A stretch of DNA of 64,000 bases from Paraspadella gotoi (taxonomy: Eukaryota > Animalia > Chaetognatha): NCBI GenBank assembly GCA_051294375.1, contig CM119267.1, positions 1,185,601 through 1,249,600 of the forward strand, read 5' to 3'. Both the position numbers and the translations under genes were made by a program. The first letter of the stretch is position 1; each line of letters starts with the position of its first letter. Below the pieces are notes generated by a model that was given only the letters and a program-made list of their open reading frames with translations, was not told the DNA's origin and made no database searches. This document shows, one piece after another, positions 26,200 to 39,907 of this stretch.

Positions 26200-27289
26200 A
26201 TGTCGTCTCCGTCGCCGGGCAAACGGCGAATGGACACCGACGTCGTCAAGTTGATAGAATCCAAACACGAAGTGACGATCCTTGGAGGACTCAACGAGTT
26301 CGTCGTCATGTTCTACGGACCCACGGAGACGCCCTACGAAGGTGGAAGGGGTGGTGATGGAATGGTCAGTCAGTCAGTCAGTCAAGTTTGTTTAATGAAG
26401 GCGAACAAGTGACAATTTTTTTAAACTTAAAATGTAATATTATGAATAGTTTTAGTAGTAAAAAAAAATTTGATTGCAGAAAGTTTTATTATAAAACTAT
26501 TTTGTTTAATCTTCACTTCTGTCCCTTCTCTCTAATTAAAGGCGGGGTATGGAAGGTCCGCGTGGATCTTCCAGAGCGCTATCCCTTCAAATCTCCGTCC
26601 ATCGGTTTTCTCAACAAAATTTATCATCCAAACATCGACGAAGCTTCTGGTGAATTCTATTTTGTTGCTGACCAACATTTTGTTGTGTTTCAAGTTTTTC
26701 TTGTGTTCATTTTTTTGCTGGTTTTGTGAAAATTGTAAGTGCAACTTTGTGCGAAAGTTGTGTATTTTGTTTTTATTTCTTCGTTTTATTTCGCTATTTA
26801 TTTTTTTTTTCTCTTTCACAGGGACAGTCTGCCTCGACGTGATCAACCAAACATGGACTGCCCTCTACGACCTGACCAACATCTTCGAGACTTTCCTCCC
26901 CCAACTCTTGACTTACCCGAATCCCACCGATCCTCTCAACGGCGACGCGGCCGCTCTCTACCTCCACAAACCCGGTTCGTTCTACTAAACCGAATTTTCA
27001 TGGAGAATTTCATTAGTTAATGTTGAGATTCTTTTCCTGGTTTCTTTCAATTTAAATATTGCACGAAGTTAAATATTTGAATGGGCTTACACTATGATAT
27101 TCACTGTTTAAAGCCATATAATTTTTAATTAATGCATAATTTCCAGACGACTACAAAAAGAAAGTAAAGGAATACGTGAAGAAATACGCGACGGAGGCGG
27201 CGTTGAAAGAGCAGGAAGGCAATCGGTCGTCGTCAGAATCTTCAATGAGCGACTTCAGTGAAGACGAAGCACAAAACATGGAACTCTGA
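26200..27289 (+). CDS. UBE2H: Ubiquitin-conjugating enzyme E2 H; exons 26200-26341, 26542-26649, 26822-26974, 27147-27289
   Basis: [79 protein letters not shown], nearly identical to recalled UBE2H. Confidence 0.97.
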
Positions 27290-28709
27290 CGAAAAACTCC
27301 TCTCGTTTTTATGCCTCCCTTTGACAAAATCCCCCCGTTTTTTCTATGCCTCTCTATAACAAGAACCACTCTCCCTTTCATGCTTCTCATTGACAAAAAC
27401 CCCCTATTTTTTCGATGCCTCTCTATAACAAAAACCCCTTTCTCTTCCATGCCTCCCTTAGACAAAAATCCTCTTTTTTTTCATAAAAAATTCTTCTCTC
27501 ATTCCTCTTTTTGGTAGAAAACTCCTCTTTTTCTTCCTTCCCCTTATTTTTGACAAAACCTTCTCTCTCTTCTCAACACTTATTCCGCTGCTCAGTTTTT
27601 TTTCATAGTTTTCCTTAATTTACTGTAAAGTCGACTCGTCCTAACGACAGGCTCTTTGAGTTTTCACTCAATCTCTCCTTTTTTTGTTTACATGAACTTT
27701 GACCTCACTTGATTTACATATTAAGCAGGGACGTGCTCTTTACTTTATTTTCTCATATTTTTTATAATTTTCCCCCTTTTTTTTAAATATTTATTTTTTG
27801 TATTACTTCGACCTTTTCCTCCCATCCCTTATGACGGCCTTAACTTTTTAATTAGACTGATATCTTCTTCGGCATCGCGCTGCGACAACCTTACCATTCT
27901 ACTGTATCATACTCTTTCAAAAATTGATCAGAAAGTCGCTGTAAATTTCAATCTCTAAACATTACATTAATAGACGTCTGATTAAACTTTTTGGGCAATA
28001 ATTACTTGAATTGTTTCATTGTGGTCAAAAAATGGATGTTTATTGTATACAACGTGTCTTCATTCTGTCTTATTTGCGTTTTTCTCACACAACATGAGGA
28101 CTAGTCGTTTATAATTATTATTATTCTCAATACATGCCAAGGCCTAGTCTCTCTTTCTCTCTCTCTCTCTTCTCTATTTTCAGCAATTTCGTTCTGACCA
28201 AAATTATTCTGCTACTAAAATTGATCCTAACTCTGATTTTATCTTTTCTTTAAATAACTTTGATAAAAATTCGTTAGTACCAATTCTTTGAAAGGAGATA
28301 TTTAGAACGTTATTCTTACAACAAAATTATAGTACATCTGTTGAGTCCTTTCTATTTGATTCATAGCATAAGCTTGATTTGTCATTCAAATTTAAATAAT
28401 ATTTTGATTAAGTTTGGTTTCATCAGTTTAGATTTGTCATACATCAACCGATACTAAGAGTTAAGAATTTTTAAATCTGCCGTTAGTCATTTGAAATGCG
28501 TTGAGTTTTGTCATTTTTAAATACCACGAAATGGCAAATTGTTTACAGATTAGTCTTGTGCAGTAAAAGTCAAAGAATCAAAGAATCAATCGTGAAAATC
28601 GAGATTCATGAGTGAAGTCTGTGATAACTACTTTCTTTTAAAACAAAACAAAATGTTCTTTTGTTTTCTAATTCCATGTTTTTCTTTTAGTTTCTCTTCT
28701 CTCCGCAAA

Positions 28710-29030
28710 ATGGAAGAGATTCTTTCCCTTCGAGGTTTTGAGCTCCGACGTCACGTCCAATCCGTCTTCTCTCTCAAGAAGCTGCCCGTGCTGAAGAAAG
28801 CGTGCCGCGAGCGACGCCTCAGAGTCGGCGGTCGCAAAGAGAAGCTCGTCGAGAGGCTCGTCGACGACGTCTTGATGAGAGGATGGAGCGTCCCGTCAGA
28901 ATCAGATCTCTGGATGGACGCCTCCCTCGCCGATCCCTTTGCGAATAGGAATGTGGAATGGAGCGGGCGAGGGCGCCATAGAGCGAGGGATACAGAGCAA
29001 GACTTGTTGTTGAAGAGTTTTCTCTTTTGA
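28710..29030 (+). CDS. SAP-domain ORF (possibly first exon of the 30655-31863 gene)
   Basis: KKLPVLKKACRERRLRVGGRKEKLVERL matches the SAP helix-turn-helix consensus. Confidence 0.65.
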   Translation: MEEILSLRGFELRRHVQSVFSLKKLPVLKKACRERRLRVGGRKEKLVERLVDDVLMRGWSVPSESDLWMDASLADPFANRNVEWSGRGRHRARDTEQDLLLKSFLF

Positions 29031-29723
29031 TTAGGCTGTAGGCTGTAGGCTGTAGGCTGTAGGGTGTAGGCTGTAGGGTAGTGCGGGGTAATTCGGAACG
29101 GAATGAGTGCATGGAATAAAAAAAAAATTAACTACCTTTCGATATTAAATTTACTTTATGACAGAAAAAAGGGTTATTTTAATTACTATTTTAGTTCATA
29201 TTATAAGACATTTTTTATAACTTACTAAGTGTTCCGAATTACCCTATGGTGGGGTAGAGCTAGCTCGCTATATCACTAGGAAAATTTTTTTTTCAAATAA
29301 ATTTACTTTGCGAATAATGTGTTAACTTACAAAAGTGTTTAGTGTCACCCCGAAATACCCAATAGCTTACTTTAACCTAAGAAACCTAACAAAATTAAGA
29401 CGGTTAATTTATTATAAGACCCAGCTAGTTAATTTAGTCATAAAGTCGGACTGTAAGTGTAATAAAACAATGAGACTTAACTTATTTCAGCGATCAACTA
29501 GATTATTTTGGAATATAGAATTAAGAGTAGCGGCTGAGAGGCGGCCATATAACGATAACAGTATGATTTGATTTATAAGAAAAACCTAATAAATTACCTT
29601 AAGTAAGAAATAGAATATGTTTGACAGGGATAAAGGGAGTCTCTGGTGACTCAAATTTACGGAGTCACCAGAGTTAAACATTATATGACATAATAATATA
29701 TATCGTCAAACATATGGCATACA

Positions 29724-30008
29724 ATCCCTATCTAATACTTAAGGGAGTGGTCTTTTCATACAATTGATACATTCTTTGAAATATTATACCACTTCATTGA
29801 TAGGGAAGCCGGGAACTCTGGGAGTGAATTAACGAGACTGTGAGAGTGTCTTGATTGTAAGCTTGCAGGGACCTGCTATGTCATTATCTTGTGTGATGGA
29901 GGCCTTAAACCACCAAAGCCTCTCCAAAGTCAGGGGCAAGATAGCTTATTAATTAAATGAATGGATAATTTTTATATTTGTTGTACCAATATCATATTAT
30001 ATTATATT
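29724..30008 (+). mobile_element. 5'-truncated non-LTR (SINE/LINE tail) insertion; shorter family members at ~5934-5990(-), 15388-15420(+), 25790-25821(-), 61007-61081(+)
   Basis: Flanked by direct repeat aaacatatggcataca, ends in an (atatt)n tail; shared 3' motif tgaatggataatttttatatt.gttgtaccaat. Confidence 0.7.
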
Positions 30009-30069
30009 AAACATATGGCATACATATTTTTTATCATCATTCTCGTTCTTGTCGTTGTCCAATGTTCAT

Positions 30070-30589
30070 TAAGGCGTAGTAAAATTTCTAAATTTAATTT
30101 TAATTAAAATTCTAAAAGTAAGGAATGAACAATATTATACTAATGAACATTTATATAATAAAAAAAATTATATTAAATTTTACAATTTACGCAGTAGGCC
30201 ATATTTATATTAGTACTAAACCAATAAATGTTAAAATTTTAAAACAGTTTTTTCTAAGATTTTTTTGAAGATTTGGATTCGTCATAAAAAGTTGACAAAA
30301 AGAAATATAATTTTTTTAAAAAAATTCCTTCATAAAGTGGGTCAAAAATTAGAAAAATCTATATTTTAAGCTGAAAATTAATTTTTTATATATTAAATAT
30401 AGTTTTTTTAATTTTTAACCCACTTAATGAAAGAATTTTTAAAAATGATTTATATTTTCTTTTATCAACTTTTGACGAGGAATTCAAATCTGCATAAAAT
30501 TAATTTTTTTTACAAATTAATGTTCACTGATGGTATGTTGTTCATAATTGACTTTTAGAATTTTCGTATGTAACTTTCACTACGCCTTA
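30070..30589 (+). mobile_element. hAT-type MITE, copy 1
   Basis: TIR taaggcgtagt..actacgcctta; 8-bp TSD atgttcat. Confidence 0.9.
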
Positions 30590-30654
30590 ATGTTCATGTT
30601 GTTATATGTTTAAAATGAGACCCACTACATTATTCCACATTCCTCTTCGTCGAA

Positions 30655-31863
30655 GATCCCCTCCAAAACTTCCTCCCGCCGAATACAACCCGTCGATCTC
30701 AAACTCAGACGACAGCGAGAGCGGCCGAAGTTCCTCCTCCCCTTCCTCCTCCGCCGCCAGTCGCCGAACCGTCGGCGCTCTGCGAAGCGGACGCCCCTCT
30801 CCATCGAGAAGCAGCTGCAGCAGCAGCGGCGGAGCAGGATCGGAGAGCGGCGGTGATTCTGATTCGTCGGCGCGGAAGAGGATTCGCCTCTCGGTCGACA
30901 CGGAGGCGCCGAAGGAAAAGAGGAGGAAATCGGGGTCGGTGAAGGTGATTGAAGAAAGTGGAGGGAGACGAGGAGGTTGATTGGTCGTTTTGAGGGGTTG
31001 AGGGGTTGAGGCTCGACTTTTCTCGGTTTACACAGAGTTGCTGAAGGAAAATAGGGTAAAATTTTACTTTTGCGTTTCGAATTTTGGCGTCTTTTGAAAA
31101 ACAATTTAAAAATACTTATTTATAAAAAAAAATTCAAATTATTACTTAATTACCCTAACCCTAATCCCCCCTAAACAACCATTAAAACATGCTTAACCCT
31201 TAATTGACGTTTGAAACCGGTAGAGAAAGGACTGGGTTAACAGTCAATCACACACTAGTCGTGATCACGAGTGAACTTGGATCTTTCACTGTACGTACAA
31301 GACTTAAGCGATATAGTTTAGAGTCAAAACTCCTCTAAAAACGAGATAATAATTTCGCCTCATTTCCCCTCCCTCCAAAGTCTGGCCCTTCGAGCCTCGA
31401 CACTTCCCTCGATTCCGGCATTTCCGCCGCCTCCTTCTCCGTCCGGTCCCGCCCCCGCATGCCCCGTCGCGCCCTCAAGGCCAGTCTGCGTTCCGCCCGC
31501 TCGAGCTGCTCCCTTCTCTCCGAGAACAACGCCGACCTCATTCGCTCCACGATGGAAGATTTCGGTGGCGATGCCGCCACGCCCTCCGTCGACGCCGCGC
31601 CATTCACCGCCACGACTTTTCGAACTTTTTTGGCGCCGTTTGTGCGCGAGGAGACGACGACGGAAGAGCCGGATTGCGTCTGCATCGACGCCGCCGAATC
31701 CGCGTCTCACGGTTCCAAAGTCGTGGCGACCGTAACTTCCGCCGGCGTCCCCGTCGCCATAGTGACGAGCGATGATTCCGGGTCGTCGCTTTTGTCGTTG
31801 GCGACGTCGAAGACGTCGACGATTGTGACGCCGTCCGTAGATTGGATAGAGATGAGGAGATGA
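30655..31863 (+). CDS. Uncharacterised Ser/Arg-rich protein exons 30655-30944, 31381-31863 (5' part uncertain)
   Basis: GC-rich open frames joined by a phase-0 GT-AG intron. Confidence 0.55.
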
Positions 31864-32475
31864 GGAGCGTCTGATCGTAAAACGAAATGAGGAAGTCAGA
31901 TTTACGTTGTTTGTTAGGGGAGGTTAGCTCAATTAATAAAAGCTAGAAAAGTTCTCACATCAAACCGGATTTTTTTTCTTTCAATTTTTTTCTCGCTTTT
32001 ATGATATTCTTGGGCTGCCGTCGGAATGCAATTTTTTCTCCCGTTTACTTTTGTACGTGCGTAATATTTCTATCTTTTTTCCCGATTTTTTATACTCGTT
32101 GTTCGTACGAATATGAAGGGATTTAGACTTAGCAATGATTATTTTTTTCTGTTGCCTCTTGTATCTCTCACGTCTCTTCCAAATAATTTCTATGATTCGC
32201 CTCCATGAAATTTTTCTTTCATGAAATTCAAATGTTAAAATGTAATTATGAATCGCGAGAGTTGACTCTATATTTATGATTCGTTTGTAGAAAAGAATTT
32301 AAGCGTAATTAACATGAACGGGATCGACTTAAAATTTCGAAATCGTTTTCTTATTGGGTCTTTGTTACCCTTTTTTTTTTTAAGTGATCGCGACGTAATT
32401 TTAGGTGAGCGAGATGGATGGTCACAGAATCCGTCCGTCCGTTTGAGTCTGTCTCTCCCGCGCGCTGGACCGAGT

Positions 32476-32727
32476 ATGTCGTCCTCGCCGAGACCGCCCC
32501 CACCGGCGCCGATATCCAAGACGCTAACCCAGGCGGCTCACCACCGTCTGCCGGGACCGAGAAAGAAACTCGTGGCGAAGGCGTTGGCGCCCGGCGCCTT
32601 CCGTTTCGTTGTCGCCGGCATCCTGCTAACCTTTTACGTCTTTGAATACAAGACGGTGATGCGGTGGTTCCCAGTTTACGGGAGAAAGTACGGGTCTGAC
32701 CGGACAAAAACCCAAAGTGGGAAGTAA
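32476..32727 (+). CDS. UQCR11: Cytochrome b-c1 complex 6.4-kDa subunit-like (UQCR11/QCR10 family) with Pro-rich N-terminal extension
   Basis: RLPGPRKKLVAKALAPGAFRFVVAGILLTFYVFEYKTVMRWFPVYGRKY aligns by eye with the recalled RFLGPRYRELVKNWVPTAYTWGAVGAVGLVWATDWRLILDWVPYINGKF. Confidence 0.65.
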   Translation: MSSSPRPPPPAPISKTLTQAAHHRLPGPRKKLVAKALAPGAFRFVVAGILLTFYVFEYKTVMRWFPVYGRKYGSDRTKTQSGK

Positions 32728-33302
32728 CCAGCTCCCGGATTTTCTCGACCAGAAGGAGACGTATTTCTGTCCCGCTCTCCCTTTGTCTTTTTTCAAGTCG
32801 ATATTGAATCCGTTATTACCTCAGGTTACATCGTTCAGGTCTCGACTACATACAATCATACATAGTATTTTTTTTTTGGTCTTTTATCGAGCGTTTACTT
32901 TTTTTAAGTTGCATTTTGATATCAATCATATTCGACTGGTTACAATTAGAAATTTATTGCAAGGATGTCCAGGAACATTCCCAATTAAAAAAAAACAAAA
33001 GACAGAAGATAGAACTTGAACTTGAAAGGCATTCGTCCAAAGAAGATAGACACTGAGGATAAAAGCCATTCGTCCATGATATTTTGTACATTTTACATTC
33101 AAGGCTATCTATTTAATTCCATTATTAGCTTCTGTACTGTATATATTGCTGGCGTTTATTCTTTTTTTTTTACATCTAAAGATAACCTCTAAATCATATT
33201 GCAGTTAATAGTAACAGTAAACTTAGTGATCCCGGTCATTTTAATCCTTTTCGGCCTTTGGACGCAAGATAGATCACCGTTTGAGCTTTTCTCTCACCTG
33301 CG

Positions 33303-35623
33303 ATGTTACAAGATCAAAGTTACGACGACGTTGTGCTGGAATTGAACCCCGACTCCCCTTCCCCTCCGAGATCGCCGGGTCACCCGCCCGGGGCGACCCT
33401 GACGGTCACAGCTCCGCCCCAAACGACTCAGCAGTGGGCACTTGGCTTTGGCAGGGCCAAGCCAAAACAAGACTCTTCTTCGCGTCGATGGAATGTCGGT
33501 CGCTCTGACGCTCCGCTTCCGAGAGGGCGCGGAAACAATCAAAAGTCCCGCGATCGTAAACAGTTTTAAAAATTTTGTTTTTTTGCCCCGGAGCAACTCT
33601 TATAAGTCACTTTTCAGTCGGTCCGTCCGTCTGTCTGTCGGGAAGAAACGTTAGTGGATTTGTTCATTGCCTTTTAAATGCTCATAAATCGGGTGATACC
33701 ACATCAATTAAATTGATATTTGGTTAAAAAGTAATGTACCATAAGAGCTTCAATATATAATATATGTAAATTATATATCATACTGATCAAAAATTAAATA
33801 CTGCATAATTCATAAAATACTGAGTTTTTTAGTTGATTTTTGGCAGATTGGTGAAGTACCAGTTAATGCTTTTTGAGCTTATATTTTATATTTGTATATA
33901 ATGTATACTATATTGTATAGTAGAGCGTAGTGAAAGTTACGTACGGAAATTCTAAAAGTCAATTATGAACAACATACCATCAGTGAACAACTGAACATTA
34001 ATTTGTAAAAAAAAAAAAAATTGTTTTTTAATTTTCGCAGTAGGCTATATTTATATATAGTACTATCTTTATAAAATTAAAAAATTTTCAAATAGGCTTT
34101 TCTTAATTTTAATAAAAGTTGATAAAAGAAAATATAAATCATTTTTAAAATTTTTTTCATTAAATGAGTTAAAAATTTAAAAAACTATATTTAATATATA
34201 AAAAGTTTCTTTTTAGTTTAAAATATAGCTTTTTCTAATTTTTGACCCATTTAATGAAGAAATTTTTAAAAAAAAGTAATATTTCTTTTTAATAACTTTT
34301 TATGACGAATCCAAATCTGCAAAAAAAATTTAGAAAAACTGTTTTGAAATTTTAACATTTATTGGATTAGTACTAGTATAAATATGGCCTACTGCGTAAA
34401 TTGTAAAATTTATTATAAATTTTTTTATTACATAAATGTTCGTTAGTATAATGTTGTTCGTTCCTCACTTTTAGAATTTTAATTAAAGTTAAATTTAAAA
34501 GTTTTACTACGACTTATTGTATAGTTATGTGATCATTGAAAAATACGTTCACAAAAGTGGTTTATTGGAGCTCAACATCTTGAACTTGTGTGAAAAATAA
34601 ACCTTTTTCCAAGGGTTATCGATCGGTGCGCGAAAAATTAAAGTCGATTGAGCCAGTAGCAACACTTGAAAATCAAAGCTTTTAAACGAAATTGGGAAAA
34701 ATCAATTTCCCACTTTTTTCTGAAAATTCGAAATAAGGAAAGAATAGTTTCAATTTGAGACAATCGATAAAATATATTGTTATTATGTTGTATGAAAAAT
34801 GTTACGATCGCGCGATTTTGTGGCGAAAAAGAATTAAAGCTATAGAGGAGGGCCCGTTCGGTCGAGGCGCGGCCATCCCTCGATTTTCGATCTCCAGCAA
34901 TCGACGCGTCGTTGGCACGACTGATCTGCGCCTCGAATCGCCCCAACTCGTCCGCGTCGCCAATCAGTTCGATGGACCATCGGATCGAAACCTCAAGTTG
35001 CCGGAAGTCGACGGCTCCTTAGATCCGGCCGAGAAATCCTTAGATTCGAATGGCGGCTGCGGTGGCTGCAGCGACTGCGGCGGCGGTGGCGGCGGCGGCG
35101 AACAAGCCCCGAAAAACGAGAAGCCCTTTTCTTTTCGCGGCTTCAGGGAAATTCTTCCGCTAGGTTGTGAGGGGATGTAACTAATGTATATAACGTTAGA
35201 CATAGACAGTACTTAACCAGATAGTTTTACTTTTATTTTAAATATGTATACAAAGTATATAAATTTTACGCGACTTCCTCTTGAATTGACTTCAACAGCC
35301 GAGATGGAATATTGGGACGGAACCGGCCAATCGTCATCGCCGACGAAATCGACGCCGCTTGAAACGGAAACGGCGCTCGATTCGACGCCGACAGCCTCGG
35401 TGCCCGCCTTCGACACTTCTGTCCTCCAGACTCTTCAAGGTCTCGAGCCTTTGCCTCAAGACTCGAATGCCAAGTCGGTGGACCTGAACGAGGTTTACGG
35501 CCACGAAGACGACGACGACGATCACGACGAATTAATCAGTCTTAGTTCCTCCGAGGGACCAAAAGGGATTAAAAAGTAAAGTTATGGTTAATTCATTGGG
35601 ATTTTTTTATTACAAGTTCAGGG

Positions 35624-35679
<56 letters not shown>

Positions 35680-38600
35680 GTACTACCACATCCGTAAAGA
35701 AATGCTTAAAAGAGACGTAGAAAAATTGGCGATGAAGACGAGTTCAACCATCACCGAAGATCGAATGGCATCGCGACGCTTCTTAGATGGCGTTCGTCAA
35801 TCTCTGATGGCAGAAACCAAGTCTTCGACGACAGAATTGTCATCCTCGATGGCAGATCCTCGGGCGAAGCGGCCCGAGCATCGCAACGAAGAGTTTCACT
35901 CTAATGACGCGAGTAGCGCCACCGCCGACTTAGGCGCCACCGTCGACGCCGCCGCGAATGAAAACTGGGGCGCGGTCCCGAAAATGGCGAGGGCGTGGCA
36001 ACGAATCAAAACGCAAGCGAAGATTCAGAGCGGCGTCGAGGGACACCTCGGCGTCGGACCGCCGATCATTGACGTCGCCGCTTTTAAAAGATTCCGGCGT
36101 CGTCTTAGCCAATCAAGATGGAGTCACGATGAAAATATCCAAGTTCCTTCTGGCGATGAGATTAAAAATCTCTTAATCCAATTTGATGACGAAAGGTTGG
36201 AGCCTGGTTCATTTGGCTCCGACAACTTTGATGACCAAACGCGACTCCTGCAAGTCAAACGGAATAATAATGATAATGATAATAATTTTAAAATCGAAAC
36301 GAGTCCGCCTGATACCAAACATGTCAAAGATAGAAATGTCAAACGTTGGAGTCACTTGGACCATCCAAAGGTCAAGCTTCATTTCGTCAACTCGAGCGCG
36401 GGCAACTCCAAGTTGTATTCGGGTCAATGTGGCGAGAAACGGGTCCCAATTCCCTTGGGTTATTGTGATGATAAAGAAATGATTCGAAATCCTGGTCATT
36501 TGAACCCAACCACAATCTCGAGTGACTCGAAATCTCTCAAAAATGTAAAGCCACTTGAGAGCGAATTAGATTACTCAAATCTACCAAACGAGCTAAAGTT
36601 CCAGTTTTCTGTTAATATGTCTCCTGAGACAAAAGTTAAATCTTTATCTGATTTTACGAAATTCGTTGAGGTTCAATCTCGCTCGCCCGACGCCTGCGAC
36701 CACAACGAAGATTCCAAACCACAAGCTCTAGTTAACAATAAGAAGGTTCACAAAGCCCCGCTCCAAACGAATCGCGCTCACGTTCAATCTTATTCAAGTG
36801 ATATCGAAGAACCAATTGTCCAAATTTGTTCAATTCCCACTGAAGATCCCAATCTTATTCCATCCAATGAACCTTCCACCAAAACTATTTCCATTCACTC
36901 AGAAGATCTTCCATCTTTGTCGAATGACCCTGATTCACCTCGAAGTCAATATCTTCCGATTAACCTACAAGATGACAAAGCTCAGACCAACTCGGACAAG
37001 GACATCCTCGACGGGGAGATCCAGGAGATCCGCGACCGGATTGACGAGATACTTGGTCGTCTGGCCATCGATAAGGGAAGCCCCTTCGACGCGGCCTGGC
37101 TGCTTTACGATCTCGTCGTCGGGAAGATAATCGCCTTAGGAGAATACGATAAGGAGAGGGTGTTGTTCAAAGAGGTTAGCCAAATACGTTTTTTTATCGT
37201 CGCAATCGCTAAGCGTTTGCGACGATATTGTATCGCTTTTGCCCATAAATGGCATCGTCGTCGTCGTCGTCGTCGGCGTTACAAATTATAGATCGCCTTT
37301 TTTATGATTAAATTTGGGTGTATGAAGCTAAAAATTTATATACAGCTTCTCATCAACGATGTGCTTAAAATTGAGTCTGGACAGTTATTAAATATTAAGG
37401 CGTAGTAAAATTTCTAAATTTAACTTTAATTAAAATTCTAAAAGTGAGGAACGAACAACATTATACTAATGAACATTTATGTAATAAAAAAATTTAAAAT
37501 AAATTTTACAATTTACGCAGTAGGCCATATTTATACTAGTACTTAACCAATAAATGTTAAAATTTCAAAACAGTTTTTTCTAAGATTTTTTTGCAGATTT
37601 AGATTCCTCATAAAAAGTTGATAAAAAGAAATATAACTCTTTTTGAAAAATTCCTTCATTAAGTAGGTCAAAAATTAGAAAAAGCTATATTTTAAGCTGA
37701 AAATTAACTTTTTATATATTAAATATAGTTTTTTTAATTTTTAACCCACTTAATGAAAGAATTTTTAAAAATGATTTATATTTTCTTGTATCAACTTTTG
37801 ACGAGGAATTCAAATCTGCAATCAAAATTAAGAAAAGCCTATTTTGAAATTTTTCGATTTTATAAGGATAGTACTATGTATAAATATAGCCTACTGCGAA
37901 AATTAAAAAACAAAAAATAATTTTTTTTTACAAATTAATGTTCACTGATGGTATGTTGTTCATAATTGACTTTTAGAATTTTCGTATGTAACTTTCACTA
38001 CGCCTTATTAAATATGTTTTGTTTACGTTTTATCAAAACAAACAAATTTTTTTCTCTTTTATTTTCATATTTCTTTTTCTCTCTCTTTTCTCTTTTAATT
38101 ACATGTCTCTCTCCCTCTCTCTTTTCCCTAGTCATAGGGGAAAAAAACGAGCCTGCAGCTGGCTCTGCAGGGGCTTATTCTTTTTCTCTCTTTTCTCCTG
38201 CTGTTTCTGCTGCTGCTTTTTGAGTCTGCAGCTGGCTCTGTAGTGGCTCTTTCTTTTTCTCTCTTTTCTCCTGCTGCTTCTGCTGCTGCCTTTTGATTTC
38301 TTTCTTTTCTCTCTCTCTCTTTCTCTCTCTCTCTGCGTTTTTATTAAAAAAAAAAAAGAATTAGGATTGAACTCGTAAAATTGAACTCGTAAAAGTAGGC
38401 ATAGCATTCGTGCATGTTATCCTTTTGCTATTTTTCAGAAACTGTAACTTTAATTTTCTTGCGTACTTTATTATTTTTTTTATTGACAAAATAGAATTTT
38501 TCTTTGTTTATAATTTATTTTTTTTTAGTATCAAAATTTGTCCAGATCAATCCAGATCAATCCAGATCAATCCAGATTTTTCTTATGCTATTGCGACGAT

Positions 38601-39708
38601 CCTTATTCTTTTAAGATTTTTTATATCAATAATATTCATGATAAGCAATTAGTTAATGGTATTTATGTTTCGCAATCTTATTCAATCCACTTGTTAAAAA
38701 GAGTTAAGCTTCCTAATTTATAAATTAACCATGACTCTTGCGTCGGGGTAAAACCGTTAATGAACTGCATATGAACTTTCAGGGTTTCACTGCTGTAAAC
38801 TCGTGAGAGGGATAGATCATAGAGGCTTTAACCCACCATAGCCTGTCAGGCTTTAACCCACCATAGCCTGTCCTCAGTCAGGAAGCGCAAAAGCTTTTTA
38901 ATTGATTAAAAAAGGCAAATGTTTTGTGCAATTAAATGTAAATGACCATAAATATAACATTATATAACTCGTTCTCATTTTTCCCGACAAGTTCTCTCAA
39001 CGCCTGGCGAACCCGGCCGATATCATCATCGTGGGCGAAGAGACTGCGCGCATCTCCGTCTCCTTCGTTGCCAAAACCTTCTCCTTTTTCTTCCGCTGCT
39101 TCTTGCCTCGAATGACGGAGGCCAAGTCGGTGCCGAAGGCCGACTGGACGAGCCTCTTCATCCAAGGCCTCTTTGCTTTGGCGGAGAAGCGATCGAGACT
39201 CCCGGCATTTTACGCGTTGCTGGGGAAGATCGTCAAGGTTGGGATTTGAAGAGGGCGGACGATATGATGAATGAAATGAAAATAAAATTGAAATAAATAC
39301 AAAATTTCTGAAAGTTTCTGAAGGCGCCCGTTTTGACTCATTAAAAACTTATATGCCTTATCTTTTATTTATTGTAATTCCCTTTTAAAATCAAATTAAT
39401 CCTTAATTAAGTTCCCCCCCCCTTCCTCCCCGCGCCCCCAGGCCGTCCTCAAAGAGTCCGAGGATTTCTTCCCCGTTTCCCTCGACTCCTTCGTCGGATT
39501 CGTTCTCCTCCAACTCATCGACGCCGTCGACGTCTCCGATCGAAGCCACGCCCACCTCCTCTTCGAATCCGTCAAGGAAGATGCGCGGCGTCTCTGTCCT
39601 CGTCTCGTCGAGGACTACATCAGAAATTTGAAGGAGAAAATACTCGACGAAAAGGAGGATCAACGAATGAGAAAAAGTCTTTTAGATTTGTTGCTTTTCA
39701 TTAATTAA
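33303..39708 (+). CDS. Large uncharacterised protein, disordered N-terminus with helical (possibly MIF4G-like) C-terminus; exons ~33303-33555, 34845-35164, 35299-35575, 35680-37173, 38991-39237, 39442-39708
   Basis: All five GT-AG junctions keep frame; C-terminus ends ..QRMRKSLLDLLLFIN*; domain call is weak. Confidence 0.65.
33921..34516 (-). mobile_element. hAT-type MITE, copy 2 (inverted)
   Basis: Same internal sequence as 30070-30589; 8-bp TSD ttgtatag. Confidence 0.85.
37396..38007 (+). mobile_element. hAT-type MITE, copy 3
   Basis: TIR taaggcgtagt..actacgcctta; 8-bp TSD ttaaatat. Confidence 0.9.
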
Positions 39709-39907
39709 TAATAATTATTTTCCTTTGAATCAATTACATTTTTTCCCGCTTTTCTATCATTTACGAGTTGAAATTATGTGGAAAAAAAATCTTCGGTTTT
39801 TTGTTCGTTTTTGTTAACTGACCAGACGGGCCGTCGTGTCTGAAGGGCTCCGAAAATTGTTTATTTATTTGATGTTTTTGACACAAAACTATCAGATTTA
39901 AATGCAG

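Noticed and set aside
28940-28960. Non-canonical GA donor linking the SAP exon to 30655
   Set aside because: Phase-compatible GT/GC donors exist nearby (cc|gtcaga, gg|gcgagg); cannot be decided without RNA data.
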